Virus record (IMG/VR): IMGVR_UViG_3300050343_000220
Coordinates: 5,138 to 69,137 of that record
DNA length: 64,000 bases
DNA from: a virus
Strand: one strand, 5' to 3'
Below the pieces are notes generated by a model. The model did not search any database. It was not told the DNA's origin and saw nothing but the letters and a program-made list of their open reading frames with translations. Numbering within the stretch: position 1 is the stretch's first letter; the number at the start of each line of letters is the position of its first letter. A program made the translations under genes and the position numbers. Shown in pieces: positions 63,648-64,000 of this stretch.

Positions 63648-63680
63648 GAACACTAACTAATAGACACGCCGATAGGCGTG
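63648..63680 (-). promoter_or_regulatory. hairpin-11nt-RTGYYC element E14
   Basis: CACGCC-tatc-GGCGTG tctattagtta GTGTTC. Confidence 0.8.
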
Positions 63681-63759
63681 ATTGAGTGTGTTCGGTAATT
63701 GAATTGAGGGGGAATGATGACATCTCTACGAGGGGAGACATGAGTCATCAATGTATACA

Positions 63760-63960
63760 CAAACGTCAACGACAGATGTTTAAACGAAAGTAATACTTCT
63801 GTAAACTGATGTTGACTTGTGTAAGAACTCAACTGTTACAACATAAGTAAAACAAATGTGAAACATCTTGTGTAAACTTAACTGTTGTTAACTTGAGTTG
63901 AATCCTTCTGTTGAAACTTGTGTTCAAAACAAATGTATATCACAAGTAAATTGTGTGTAT
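63760..63960. repeat. non-coding tract of degenerate short repeats, possible genome terminus
   Basis: recurrent AACTG(A/T)TGTT, ACTTGTGT and TGAAAC words; no long ORF. Confidence 0.45.
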
Positions 63961-64000
63961 ATTTTTTTTGTTCCACCGGTTACCGGGGTACAGAAGGGAT

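Noticed and set aside
48361-63680. Hairpin elements as CRISPR repeats
   Set aside because: Sequences covary rather than repeat, intervals are whole genes of variable length, and no cas genes are present

Overview
This window is most of the genome of a tailed cyanophage, probably infecting marine Synechococcus or Prochlorococcus (it carries psbA, hli, talC, petF and two NblA-like genes). About 1-27 kb is a mostly + strand morphogenesis and lysis region: major capsid, tail fibres including a second frameshifted paralogue, a GH19 lysin and small basic proteins. About 28-46 kb is a - strand replication and nucleotide module: split T7-like PolA, primase/VapE helicase, exonuclease, SSB-like proteins, ThyX, a minimal class I RNR, MazG and IF-1. 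About 46-64 kb is a - strand early/accessory region ending in a repeat-rich non-coding tract that may be the genome end. The strongest unexplained signal is a family of 14 intergenic elements with fixed geometry: a covarying 16-nt palindrome (17 nt in one copy), exactly 11 T-rich nt, RTGYYC, then a start codon 19-25 nt later (38 nt in two copies). Each sits in front of a short early gene, consistent with a hairpin-promoter, RNA-processing or cassette system. Also notable are a block of four apparent pseudoenzymes, a glutamine-type riboswitch, two related origin-like regions, T7 gp2.5-like C-terminal tails on several proteins and a protamine-like protein. All protein family calls are motif recognition by eye, with no database searches.
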